This document shows, piece after piece, positions 29,273-41,600 of a DNA stretch of 64,000 nt. Position 1 is the stretch's first letter. Each line of letters begins with the position of its first letter. Below the pieces are notes generated by a model. That model made no database searches. It was not told the origin of the DNA and worked only from the letters and a program-made list of their open reading frames with translations. Source of the stretch: Candidatus Latescibacterota bacterium (GTDB lineage Bacteria; Latescibacterota; UBA2968; UBA8231); the NCBI GenBank assembly GCA_965219385.1, contig CBDCNM010000002.1:1026639-1090638 (forward strand), given 5' to 3'. Made by a program: the position numbers and the translations under genes.

Positions 29273-29842
29273 ATGCTCGACAAGTACACCTGTTTGAAAA
29301 AACTGGCGGCCCGGCGCACGGACGAAGTCATCGTCACCACCATGAGCGTGGCCATGCCCTGGGCCCAGCTGAGCGACGGCCCCCTCGATTTTGCCTCAGT
29401 GGAAAGCGGCATGGGCCACGCCGCCGACTTCGCCTATGGCCTGGCCATGTCCCAACCCGAACGCCGCGTCATTACCCTCAACGGGGACGGCAGTACCCTG
29501 ATGTGCCTGGGCACCCTGGTCACCATGGCCCAGAGACCGCTCGAAAACTTCACCCTGGTGATCACCGATAACGGCACCTATGAAGTGACCGGCAACCAGC
29601 CCGTGCCCGGCGCCGGCATCGCCGACTACGCGGCCATTGCCCGCGGCGCCGGACTCCGGCAGGTCTACACCCTGGATGACGAGACCACCTTTGACGCGAT
29701 GCTCCCCCTGCACTTCGCCGGCAAGGGCCCGCTGGTTATCGTCTGGAAGATCGAGCAGGGCAACGAGCCCGTGCCAAAACCCGCACGCCCCATCCACGAA
29801 CGCGCCCACCGACTGCGCCAGGCCCTGGCCGGCTTGGACTGA
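29273..29842 (+). CDS. ThDP-dependent decarboxylase beta subunit (ComE-like)
   Basis: MGHA, GDGS.LM.LG.L...DNGTYEVTGNQP ThDP-binding motif. Confidence 0.82.
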   Translation: MLDKYTCLKKLAARRTDEVIVTTMSVAMPWAQLSDGPLDFASVESGMGHAADFAYGLAMSQPERRVITLNGDGSTLMCLGTLVTMAQRPLENFTLVITDNGTYEVTGNQPVPGAGIADYAAIARGAGLRQVYTLDDETTFDAMLPLHFAGKGPLVIVWKIEQGNEPVPKPARPIHERAHRLRQALAGLD

Positions 29843-29862
29843 ACCTTTTCCCGAAGTATATC

Positions 29863-31107
29863 ATGCAATTCCCGTCAATGGCCCCCGCCAAGCAACACTT
29901 TTCCAGCGTCGTCGAGGAAGACGTGGTCGGAAGCGTAGAGGAACAGCTGCGCCAGGCCGATCTCAAAGCAGTGGTTTCTCCAGGGGCGCGCATCGCCGTG
30001 TCCACGGGCAGCCGCGGCATCACCAACATCGCCCGGATCGTCCGCGCGGTCGTGGACAGCATAGTGGAGGCGGGCGGCCAGCCCTTTATCCTGCCGGCCA
30101 TGGGCAGCCACGGCGGGGGTACTCCGGAGGGCCAGAAGCAGGTCCTCGAAGGCTACGGGATCACCCCGGAGAGCATGGGTGTGCCCATAGAAGCCACCAT
30201 GGAAGTGGTCGAGGTGGACCGGCTCGAAGACGGCACCCCGGTGCTGGTCAACAAACTCGCGCTCAAAGCCGACGGCATCGTCCTGATCAACCGCATCAAA
30301 CCCCACACCTCTTTCCGGGGGCCCTTCGAGAGCGGCCTGATGAAGATGATGACCATTGGTCTGGGCAGTCACAAGGGCGCGATCATAGCGCATTCAAAGG
30401 GCGCCCAGGGGCTGGCCAACCTGATCCCGGCCTGGGGCAAGTCCATCCTGGAAAAGGCGCCGATCGTCATGGGGCTGGCCATCATCGAAAACGCCTATGA
30501 CGAGACCGCCCGCCTGGTGGCGCTCAAGCCCCGGGAATTCACCTCCCGCGAACCCCAACTGCTCGCAGAGGCGCGCGAGGCCATGCCCCGACTCTTGGTC
30601 CAGGACATCGACCTTCTCATCATCGAACAAATCGGCAAGGACATCAGCGGCACCGGCATGGATACCAACGTGGTCGGGCGCATGATGCTGCCGGGCATCA
30701 AAGAGCCCGAAGTGCCAGGGGTCTCGCGGATCGTGGTCCTGGACCTTACCGAGCGCACCCACGGCAATGCCTCGGGCATGGGTCTGGCCGATATCGTCAC
30801 CCGGCGGCTCTTCGAAAAGATCGACTACAAATCCACCTACGCCAATGTCTTCACCAGCACCTTCCTCAACCGCGCCTACATCCCGGTGATCATGGAAACC
30901 GACCAGCAGGCCATTGCCGCCGCCCTCCAGGTCCTCGGTCTCGAAGACCCGGCCAAGGCGCGCGTCGCCCGCATCAAAAATACCCTGTCGCTGGGCACAA
31001 TCCAGATCTCCGCCTCCCTGCTCGACGAATTCGGCAACCACTCCCACCTCGAACAGACCGGCCCGCTCGAGCCCATGGCCTTTGCCGGGGATGGTTCGTT
31101 GCTCTAG
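29863..31107 (+). CDS. LarA-like (DUF2088/DUF362) racemase-domain protein
   Basis: GSRGITNI, PAMGSHGGGT.EGQ, NRIKPHT.F, ESGLMKM..IGLG, GKDISGTGMDTNV. Confidence 0.8.
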   Translation: MQFPSMAPAKQHFSSVVEEDVVGSVEEQLRQADLKAVVSPGARIAVSTGSRGITNIARIVRAVVDSIVEAGGQPFILPAMGSHGGGTPEGQKQVLEGYGITPESMGVPIEATMEVVEVDRLEDGTPVLVNKLALKADGIVLINRIKPHTSFRGPFESGLMKMMTIGLGSHKGAIIAHSKGAQGLANLIPAWGKSILEKAPIVMGLAIIENAYDETARLVALKPREFTSREPQLLAEAREAMPRLLVQDIDLLIIEQIGKDISGTGMDTNVVGRMMLPGIKEPEVPGVSRIVVLDLTERTHGNASGMGLADIVTRRLFEKIDYKSTYANVFTSTFLNRAYIPVIMETDQQAIAAALQVLGLEDPAKARVARIKNTLSLGTIQISASLLDEFGNHSHLEQTGPLEPMAFAGDGSLL

Positions 31108-31157
31108 AAAAGCCGATTATTTTCGGGAAATGTTACGCGAAAAAAGCAGGAAGGATA

Positions 31158-32633
31158 TCAGAAGGCCTTGCGGTATCTTTGCGAATTGATCCCCAGCTGA
31201 TCCCGGTACTTGGCCACCGTGCGCCGGGCGATCCGCAGTCCGTCCTTGCCGAGGACCTCGGCGATTTCCTGATCGCTCAGCGGATTGGCCTTGTCCTCCT
31301 CGGCTATCAACTGAGAAATCCGCTCCTTGACACTGCGGGCCGACACATCTTCGCCCGCCTCTGTAGTGACCCGGCTGTCGAAGAAGTACTTCAGTTCGAA
31401 GACCCCGTGCGGCGTCTGCATGTACTTGCCGTTGCTCACCCGGCTGATGGTCGATACGTGCATCTCCACGGCATCCGCCACATCCTGCAACACCATGGGC
31501 TTGAGATGGGCAGGCCCCTTTTCAAAGAACGGCATCTGTTTGCGGACGATGTAATTGCCCACCTTGAGCATGGTGGTGCGGCGCTGGTGAATCGCATTGA
31601 TCAACCAGCGGGCATCGTTGAGTTTCTTGGAAACATAATCGCGAACCTCTTCTTTGCCATTACCGCGGGAATCTTTCAGTAACTTGACGTAAGTCTTATT
31701 GACCCGCAGCCCCGGCGTATTGCCCTCGGTCAGGCTGACGATCCACTCATCGCCCACTTTCTCGACGATGAGGTCGGGGGTGATATAGGATACCTCGGCG
31801 TCCAGGGTCAGCAGGTCCGTATAATCGCTGACGCTGACCGAACCCGGATGAGGTTGCAGATGCTCGATGAGTTGCATCACCTCTTTCAATTCGTCGTCGG
31901 AAATCCCCAGGGATCGGGTGATGCTACTGAAACGCCGCTTGGTCAGATCCTCCATGTGGTTGCGCACGACCTGGAGGGCCAGATCCCGAGGCGGCTCCTG
32001 CAGCTGTTGCAGCTGAATCATCAGGCATTCCCGCAGATCGCGAGCCCCGATCCCGGGCGGATCAAAGGTGTGGATCACCCCGAGTACTCGCTCCACGTCT
32101 TCCACAGAGACCTCCAGACCCTCGGCAATCTCATCGGTACCACAGTCCAGGTACCCCTGCTCGTTGATATTGCCGATGATGAACTTGCCTATCTCCCTGT
32201 CCGCACCCACCAGATCGGTTAAAGCCAGCTGTTCGTGTAACTGTTCGACCAGGGGTGGGATGGTGGTTATGCGGTTTTCTCTGGGTTCGCGATCTCCCTC
32301 CCAATCGGGATCGTACTCGGCTTGCTCGCTGTTGTAAGAGCCCTGATCGGCTATGTCTTCGAGCAGGCCGTCCCAGTTGACCTCTTCTTCCTTTGGTGGG
32401 GGTACTTCCTCTTCTTCCTTCAGGCCTTCCTCCAGCCCGACATCGAGCGCGTCCTCCTGCTCCTCGATTTCCTCGTCCAGCTCCATGTTTTCTTCCAGCA
32501 GTGGATTCAGCTCCATCTCCTGTTTGATCTTCAGCTCCATCTCCAGAGTCGACATCTGCAACAGCTGCAGCGACTGGATGAGCTGGGGAGCCATCTTCTG
32601 CTGGAGACTGAGGTTTTGGGCAATGCGGAGCAC
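31158..32633 (-). CDS. rpoN: RNA polymerase sigma-54 factor
   Basis: Q/L-rich N-terminus, PPGIGARDLRECL, STISR, RpoN box ARRTVAKYR. Confidence 0.97.
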   Translation of the reverse strand: MLRIAQNLSLQQKMAPQLIQSLQLLQMSTLEMELKIKQEMELNPLLEENMELDEEIEEQEDALDVGLEEGLKEEEEVPPPKEEEVNWDGLLEDIADQGSYNSEQAEYDPDWEGDREPRENRITTIPPLVEQLHEQLALTDLVGADREIGKFIIGNINEQGYLDCGTDEIAEGLEVSVEDVERVLGVIHTFDPPGIGARDLRECLMIQLQQLQEPPRDLALQVVRNHMEDLTKRRFSSITRSLGISDDELKEVMQLIEHLQPHPGSVSVSDYTDLLTLDAEVSYITPDLIVEKVGDEWIVSLTEGNTPGLRVNKTYVKLLKDSRGNGKEEVRDYVSKKLNDARWLINAIHQRRTTMLKVGNYIVRKQMPFFEKGPAHLKPMVLQDVADAVEMHVSTISRVSNGKYMQTPHGVFELKYFFDSRVTTEAGEDVSARSVKERISQLIAEEDKANPLSDQEIAEVLGKDGLRIARRTVAKYRDQLGINSQRYRKAF

Positions 32634-32779
32634 AATACCTGTAATTGTGATTATATAACCAACGGAATATAAATAAGTTACACTTTATTTTTTTGCGTTG
32701 GCTTCATATTTGCTGTCCAATGGGGCCTACCAATATAGTAGATCGGGCTATAGGGTATGTCAAGTACAAGTGTCAAACC

Positions 32780-33505
32780 TCACCAGTCCATCTGAAATCC
32801 TTCCCCCAGGTACTCCAGGAGGACCTGGTCGTCGTTGATTAATTCTCGCGCCGTGCCCGCCGTCTTGATGCTGCCATCCAGCATGACATAAGAGCGGTCG
32901 GCGATTTTCAGTATCTCCCGCACATTGTGATCGGTAATCAGAATCCCCAGCCCCTTTTCCCGCAGACGGGCAATGACGGTCTGCAGGTTTTCCACGGTGC
33001 GGGGGTCTATACCGGCAAAAGGCTCGTCCAGCAGGATATAACGGGGTTTCGTGGCCAGGGCCCGGGCAATCTCCACGCGCCGGGTCTCTCCCCCCGAGAG
33101 GGTATCGGCCAGTTGGCCGGAAGGCGCCTTCAGGTCGAACTCGTCCAGCAACTCTTGCAGCCTGGCTCCCAGTTCGGCCTTGTCCAGATGCTGCATCTCC
33201 AGGACCACGCGGATATTCTGCTCGACGGTCAGTTTGCGAAAGATCGAGGTCTCCTGGGGCAGGTAGCCAATGCCCTGTTGCGCCCTGCGATACATGGGAA
33301 AATCCGTAATCTCCGTGTCGTCCAGATAGATGTGTCCGGCGTCCGGCACGACAAACCCCACGATGCTGTTAAAGGTCGTGGTCTTGCCGGCTCCATTAGG
33401 TCCGAGCAGACCTACGATCTCACCCGGCTCCACATTGATCTTCACCCCGTCGACCACCCGGCGCCGGCCGTACACCTTGCAAAGATTCTCGGTTTTTAAG
33501 GCCAT
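32780..33505 (-). CDS. lptB: LPS export ABC ATPase
   Basis: GPNGAGKTT, LSGGETRRVEIARAL, LLDEPFAG, ITDHNVRE; adjacent to rpoN. Confidence 0.95.
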   Translation of the reverse strand: MALKTENLCKVYGRRRVVDGVKINVEPGEIVGLLGPNGAGKTTTFNSIVGFVVPDAGHIYLDDTEITDFPMYRRAQQGIGYLPQETSIFRKLTVEQNIRVVLEMQHLDKAELGARLQELLDEFDLKAPSGQLADTLSGGETRRVEIARALATKPRYILLDEPFAGIDPRTVENLQTVIARLREKGLGILITDHNVREILKIADRSYVMLDGSIKTAGTARELINDDQVLLEYLGEGFQMDW

Positions 33506-33513
33506 CTGAGTCC

Positions 33514-35349
33514 TCACTGCTCCTCTGTGGAAGGAGGATAGTAACTCCCCTCTGGCCGGATGACCTCGACCTCTACAATGGATCCATCCTCCAGAAAGAT
33601 CTCCAGCTCTTCTCCCCCGACCCGGTTGATCGAAGGCTGTTGCCCTTCTTTCCGCGGCGGCAGGCGAGACAAAAATTCGACCCGACCCTGTGCCTGGATG
33701 CGCTGGAGATTGTTTGCCGCAAAGTACAGCGCCATGCGCTCTCCCTGGATGAGACTCACCCCATCCTCGTCCAGGTGCTGGTGGGTCAGATCCGCGCCGC
33801 GCTCCAGATCGATCCGTTCCAGGTTTTCATCCTGAAAGAAGACGCGGGCCCCAGTTCCCCGTATCGAACTGACCCGCGTTGCGGAAGCCTGCATGGAGCC
33901 TTTTACCTCAGCGGGAATGTGGATCTGTTCAATCTCGCCATCCCGCAGGTCCACAACCATGGAATCGGCCTGGATTCGATGGTTGTGGTTGCCTTCCTCT
34001 TCCTGGCTCAGTACCACCTCGGCAGTCAGGGCCAGGCGGTCTTGGTCGGCGCTGTACAGGCCGCGTTCGGCCCGCAGGGCCAGGCCAGGGGCTTCGACCC
34101 TGAATCCCCCTTCGCCGGAGAGCTGTTGCCGCTCCAGGTCGATGTGCATCTCGAGAGCGCGGATCAGCAGCTCTCCGCCGGAGCGCTGTCGTCGGAGCCG
34201 GGGCGCTTCTCCAAGTTCCATCTGTGCGGCCCCCAGGTCGTAGTGCATCCGGCCGCTGTGCAAAACGCCCGCCAGCTCAGGAGTCTGCAGCAAGACCTCA
34301 CCCCTGGCTTCCAGGTGTTCCCGGGCGTGCCGGTAGATCAGATGGGCGGCCTGCAACATCCTTGCGCCCTCGCGAAAAACCACCCGGGTGCCGCCCTGCG
34401 CCTCCAGGACCCCTTCGACCTCGGCATAGGCCAGCTCCCCGGCCTCGATCGTCCGCGTCCCTTGTCGAAACAACGCCGGCTCTCCCCGGGCCAGCAGGTG
34501 CTTGCGTTCCCCGTCCTCCACCAGCTCCTCGGCCTCCAGACGCCAGTCCCCCTGGCTCAGTACCACCTCTCCGCGCGCCACGGCCCGTTGTCTCCAAAGG
34601 TCGAAGTCCATTTCCCGGGCGAAGAATTGCCGCAGTGAATCCGTGCTGGAGAACCCATCCGCAAAGTAGATGGTTCCCTCGCCCTGATTGAACCGGGCCC
34701 TGGGACTGCGTAGGGTGGTGCCCTGGTACGCCACTTCCACACTGTCGTAGTGGACGACCAGATCTCCCTTTCGGCGATGGCTCACAGCGCCCTGGGCCTG
34801 AATTTCCACCTGGTATACCTGGTCTTCCCGACGCTTCTGCCAGTGGCCTTTGACCTCTTCCAGGGACCACTTTTGCAAGTCGATATTGGTCAGCAGATTC
34901 CTGCCCTGCTCCGTCCCCGACGAAGCCACAATCCGCACCTGGTCGGGCATCTGGAGAAACGCTCCGGCGCGCTCCCAGATCAAGGTGTCCGTCCGCACCT
35001 CCAGACTGTCGCCGGACCTGAGCACGACCTCTCCTCCCATGCCGATCCTCTCCGACCCTTCCAGGGTCAAACGGGAGGCGTTCAAGCTGGAGTAGAGAAC
35101 GCCATCGGCAGCGCGGAACTCGACATAGACGCCGCTGTCCGCATGGGTAAAGCACCCCTGGTCCCGCACGTAGGGCGCCCAGATTCCGACCCTCAAGCCC
35201 GGCTCGCTCAACTCGAAGTGCACCGCCCAGGATTCCCGCTCGGCCGGCGGTGCGGCCGGCGCCACCGAATCCTGGTCCTGGGTCGCCGGACCGCAGTGCA
35301 GCGGCCAGCCGAGAGTCGAGAACAGAAACCACCTGCGAATTCGCCCCAT
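33514..35349 (-). CDS. Long LptC/LptA (OstA beta-jellyroll repeat) LPS transport protein
   Basis: LptC-like N-terminal part (GxVV..S.D..(V)RTDTLIW) followed by repeated OstA-like units (A..L.Y......LEA.G.V); directly upstream of lptB. Confidence 0.7.
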   Translation of the reverse strand: MGRIRRWFLFSTLGWPLHCGPATQDQDSVAPAAPPAERESWAVHFELSEPGLRVGIWAPYVRDQGCFTHADSGVYVEFRAADGVLYSSLNASRLTLEGSERIGMGGEVVLRSGDSLEVRTDTLIWERAGAFLQMPDQVRIVASSGTEQGRNLLTNIDLQKWSLEEVKGHWQKRREDQVYQVEIQAQGAVSHRRKGDLVVHYDSVEVAYQGTTLRSPRARFNQGEGTIYFADGFSSTDSLRQFFAREMDFDLWRQRAVARGEVVLSQGDWRLEAEELVEDGERKHLLARGEPALFRQGTRTIEAGELAYAEVEGVLEAQGGTRVVFREGARMLQAAHLIYRHAREHLEARGEVLLQTPELAGVLHSGRMHYDLGAAQMELGEAPRLRRQRSGGELLIRALEMHIDLERQQLSGEGGFRVEAPGLALRAERGLYSADQDRLALTAEVVLSQEEEGNHNHRIQADSMVVDLRDGEIEQIHIPAEVKGSMQASATRVSSIRGTGARVFFQDENLERIDLERGADLTHQHLDEDGVSLIQGERMALYFAANNLQRIQAQGRVEFLSRLPPRKEGQQPSINRVGGEELEIFLEDGSIVEVEVIRPEGSYYPPSTEEQ

Positions 35350-35461
35350 GGGAATTTCCAAAAAAATAGCCGCGCTCCCGCCTAGCTGAGCGCGACCAAG
35401 TAGCGGTTCTCACTACACAACGAAACCGCGATTTCGTCAAGTACTGGTTCGGTGCACGGAA

Positions 35462-37300
<1,839 letters not shown>

Positions 37301-37302
<2 letters not shown>

Positions 37303-37588
37303 ATTCGATGATTCGGGGAACTTTGAAATATCTATCTTGCTGTTGAGGAGCCGGTGCCAGCAGCTCCTCCTGTAAGGGAAAGGGGCGCACTTCATCCGGG
37401 CGAAAGGCATTGGCGATGGGCACCACGTGAGACGTGGGTTCGACGTGCTCTGTATCCAGTTCGGAGAGCTTCTCCATGTACTCCAGAATGCGGTTTAGCT
37501 CCCCGGTCAACCTCTCCTCCTCCGCGGCGGAGAACTCCAGTCTGGCCAGGGCTGCTACCGACCTGACATTCTCTACTGTAACTGCCAT
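37301..37588 (-). CDS. gatC: Asp/Glu-tRNA amidotransferase subunit C
   Basis: VAALARL, L..IL.YMEKL.ELDT..VEPT.H, AP....YFKVPRII. Confidence 0.93.
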
Positions 37589-37829
37589 TTTGTCAGTATG
37601 TCGTATAATTTAATCAGGCCTGACAAAGCCATCGGAACAACAAATTCCAGACCTACTCTAATATGCTATACGGTCCACAAGAGCGCAAGCATTTTGTACA
37701 TCCCGGCCGTGAAAGCAACCCCAAAGCCGCTCGAAGCAGAGAGCTTTTGGCCCTATTCTTGTCGCCTGTGGCGCAATTGGCTATACTCAGTAGGACGCGA
37801 AATACCACCTCTCATAAACCAGGTTTACC

Positions 37830-38318
37830 ATGCCCCTCAAAGCATTCACCGTAGAAGAAGCCAACGCCATGCTCCCCCACATCGAAGACGTTCTGGACCG
37901 CCTGGAGGCCCAAAAGACACAGGCCGGGAAACGCGATGAGAAAATGCAGATCCTCGATGCCCTCTGGGGGGATGAACTGGCCGTCCCCAACAACCCGGAC
38001 CACCAGGAATTTCTCCGGCATCAGCAGGCCCTCTCTACCATTTTCCAGGACATCAACACCATCATTCACCGGGAAATTCTGGATCTGGGGATGCGCTTTC
38101 CCGCCGGGGGCCTGGAACACGGCCTCATCGATTTCCCCACTACCTTTGAAGGCCGCTGGGTCTATTTGTGCTGGCAGCGAGGAGAACCCCAGGTGCGCTT
38201 CTGGCACGAAATCGAAGCCGGGTACAGGGGCCGCCAGGAAATTGCCGCCGAGCATATCATCGTCATGGGCAAAGAGGACGACCCAGAAATCCTGGACAGC
38301 TCAGAACTGGATTTCTAG
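37830..38318 (+). CDS. DUF2203 family protein
   Basis: FTVEEANAMLP, GLIDFP, VYLCW..GE....WH....G..GR. Confidence 0.9.
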   Translation: MPLKAFTVEEANAMLPHIEDVLDRLEAQKTQAGKRDEKMQILDALWGDELAVPNNPDHQEFLRHQQALSTIFQDINTIIHREILDLGMRFPAGGLEHGLIDFPTTFEGRWVYLCWQRGEPQVRFWHEIEAGYRGRQEIAAEHIIVMGKEDDPEILDSSELDF

Positions 38319-38650
38319 GGAAGCCGTGTGGAAATGTCCGGTGCGCCCAAAGCGCGTCTGCCAGCGGGGGTTTTCAGGCGGCTTCTAAAGGGATTCCCTC
38401 TCCCGGGTCAAGCCCTTCCGGCGCCAAAAATACCTTGACCTGGTCTGCAAGATATAGTATTATAGTATCTTGATATACCCCATATTGTAGTAGAACTGCT
38501 CCCCAGCAGTCCCGTTGCAAACAGGAAAATACCCTGAACGGTGGCTTTCAGTCCCCCCTGGCCATTCTCCCGGTCGCCGGATCTCCTCTTTTGCTATCTA
38601 GCCATCTACCAGCCTGAACCCCCGTTTTTACGTCTGCAAGGAGTGCGGCT

Positions 38651-41600
38651 TTGCGTTTAACCCATCTCGAAATATTTGGTTTCAAATCCTTTGCCCAGAA
38701 AGTGGAAATCCTCTTTGGACCAGGGATTACCGCGATCGTAGGGCCCAATGGGTGCGGCAAGTCGAATATTGTCGAGGCCATTCGCTGGGTGCTCGGCGAA
38801 CAGCGGGCAGGTGCCTTCCGCAGCCACCGCATGGAAGAAGTGATTTTTTCCGGTGCGCATCAGCGCAAGCCGCTGGGCATGGCCGAGGTAGCCCTTACGA
38901 TAGAAAATACCAACAATACCCTGCCCATTGAGTTCAGTGAAGTGACCATGGCCCGGCGCCTGTTCCGCTCCGGGGAAAGCGATTACCTGCTGAACAAGAT
39001 CCCCTGCCGCTTGCTCGACTTCCACAACCTGTTCATGGACACCGGTCTGGGACAGGGCGCCTATGCTGTAATGGAACAGGGCATGGTGGACGAGATCATC
39101 AGCGAAAAGACCGAGAACCGGCGCCGCATCCTCGAAGAGGCAGCCGGGATCACCAAGTACAAAGTGCGGCGGCGTTCCACTTGGTCCAGACTCGAATCTA
39201 CCAATGCGGATCTGACCCGCATCGAAGACATCATCGCCGAAGTCAAGCGCCAGGTCGATTACCTGAGCCGGCAGGTCGGGCGCGCCCGGCGCTACCAGAA
39301 TCTACAGACAGAACTGGACGAAAAGGAAGTCCTGCTGGGACGCTTTCGCTTCTTTGCCGCCAGGGACGAACTCCGGCCCCTTCAAGACGAACTGGAGGGA
39401 CTGAACAGAATAGCCGAGGAAGGTTATACCCGCTTCACGACCCGCGAAGCCGGGCTGGAAAAACTGCGGCTGGCGCAGACCGACGCTGAAAAAGCCCTGC
39501 AGGAGGTGGGGATCGAGTTGAATCGCTGCGTCGAGCAAATCCACGAGCGGGAACGGCAACTGGTCGCCTCTACCGAACAGCTGAATGCCACCGAGCAGAT
39601 CATCGAGCGCTCGACGCGCCAGCGCCAGGACTCCACCGACCAGCTCGAAGTCTACAGGCAGCAGCAAGAGGAGGCCTCCCACATCCTCGCCGAGGCCTTG
39701 CGGGGACTCGAAGACACCGATCAGCGCCTCCGAACCCACCAGGAACACTCGGACGCCACCGAGCGCTCCTGGGCGGAAGGTCGCGCCGCCCTGGACCTGC
39801 AAAACCAGGAGCGCATGAACCTGTTGCGCAGCCAGAGCGAACTCAGCCGCGGGCTGGAACGCCTGGTGACCGAACGCGAAGGTCTGGTCAGCTACTCCGA
39901 CCAGCTGCAGAGCGAAATCGGCCATTTGAGCGAGGAACTCCAGGAGGTCCAGAAAAAGGCCCGGACAGCCGGCGCCGAATTGCAGAGACTCGGGGACCAC
40001 CTGCACCAAGCTCAGCAGGCGCATCGGGCCGCCCAGGAGCGCGCCGATGCGCTCGGGGCCCGGCTTGGACGGCTGCGTGAACAGCGCAGCGATCTGCGCC
40101 GTACGATAGAGGCCAGGCAGGCCCGTTTACACGTCATGGAGAAGGTGCAATCCGGCTACGAGGGCTATTCCAGCGGCGTCCGTACCCTGATGCTGGATTC
40201 GCCGCACGTGGAACTGTTTCAGGGCATTCTGGGCGATCTGATCGAAGTAGATCCGCGCTTCCCGCACGCGGTCGAGACCGCCCTGGGCGAAGCCCTTGAA
40301 GCCCTGGTGACGCCCGCCAAGACCGGCGTCCTGGAAGCCATCCACTACCTCCAGAACCACTCCGGCCGAGCTGGCATTTTTCCCCTGGAATGGCAGAAGA
40401 CGCCCCTGCCACCCCAGGCTTCGCTGCCGGCGACCTCCGGATTGATCGGCCCTCTGCTAGACCATGTCCAGGTAGACCAGTCCATCGCGCCCCTGGTATC
40501 CCGGCTGTTGCACAACACCTTTCTGGTAGAAGACCTGGAGACCGCCCTGCACCTGGCCGAACAGGGTCTCGAGCAGCAGATCTGTCTGGTCACCCCCACC
40601 GGTGAAGCCGTCGACCAGCACGGTCGGATTGCCGGGGGCAAGCCCGGGCGCGAGGACGCTGCTCTTCTGGGCCGGCGCCAGGAAATACGCGCCCTCAAGA
40701 CCGCCAACGCCCACGAAAAAGCGCAACTAACCGCGGTCGAGACCGCCTGCCGGAGCGAGGGCCAGCGCCAGGAGGTACTCTCCCGCCACCTGGAGCGCCT
40801 GGGCCGCGGCATCGACATCCTCAAAGAACAGGAGCGCGAGCAGGCCCATCTGCGGCAAGGCCACCTCAACGAAGCCCAGCGCCTCCAGGCCCGGCTGGAT
40901 CAGCGCGGCCGGGAACAAAAGCAACTTCAGGAGCGCTCTTCAGGTCTGGAGGCCTCCATTCACTCCCAGAGAGAAAAGCTGGCCCGAATCGAACTCCAGA
41001 GCGAGCATCTGGAAACCTCCATCAATACCCGCACCGAGAGCCTGCGGGAAACCGAAGCCGCCCTGCGCACCGAGTTGAATCAACTGGCTGCCCTGCGCAC
41101 CGAGCAGGCCCGGATCGCCGAGCAGACCCAGAGCCTCGAACGCGATGTCCAGCGCCTGCAGAGCATGCAGCAAAACCTCCAGAACAACATCGAACGGCTC
41201 AGCATCGAGGTCGAGCAAGCCGCTGGTGCGCGCCGGGATCTGGCCGCTCAGGAGGAGCACATCAGCGCCGAACTCAAGGATATGCACCAGACCCGGGATT
41301 CCCTGGCGCAAGAAAGCGACCACAAGCGGCAGCACTGGGACCAGGTCAATACCCAGACTCGCGACCTGGAGGAAGAAATCACCCAGCTACAGCGCGAATT
41401 GAACACCCACCGCGACCGCCGGCACCAGCTCGAACTCCAGGTTACCGAACTCAACAACCGCGCCGCGCACATCCAGGAACGCCTGCAGGAAGATCAGCGC
41501 TGCGATGTCGCCTCCGCGGGACCGCCCGAACCAGAGGTCGATCTGGATCCGGACGAGCTCCAGGCCCGGGTTGATGTCCTGCGGCAGTCCATCCAGCGTC

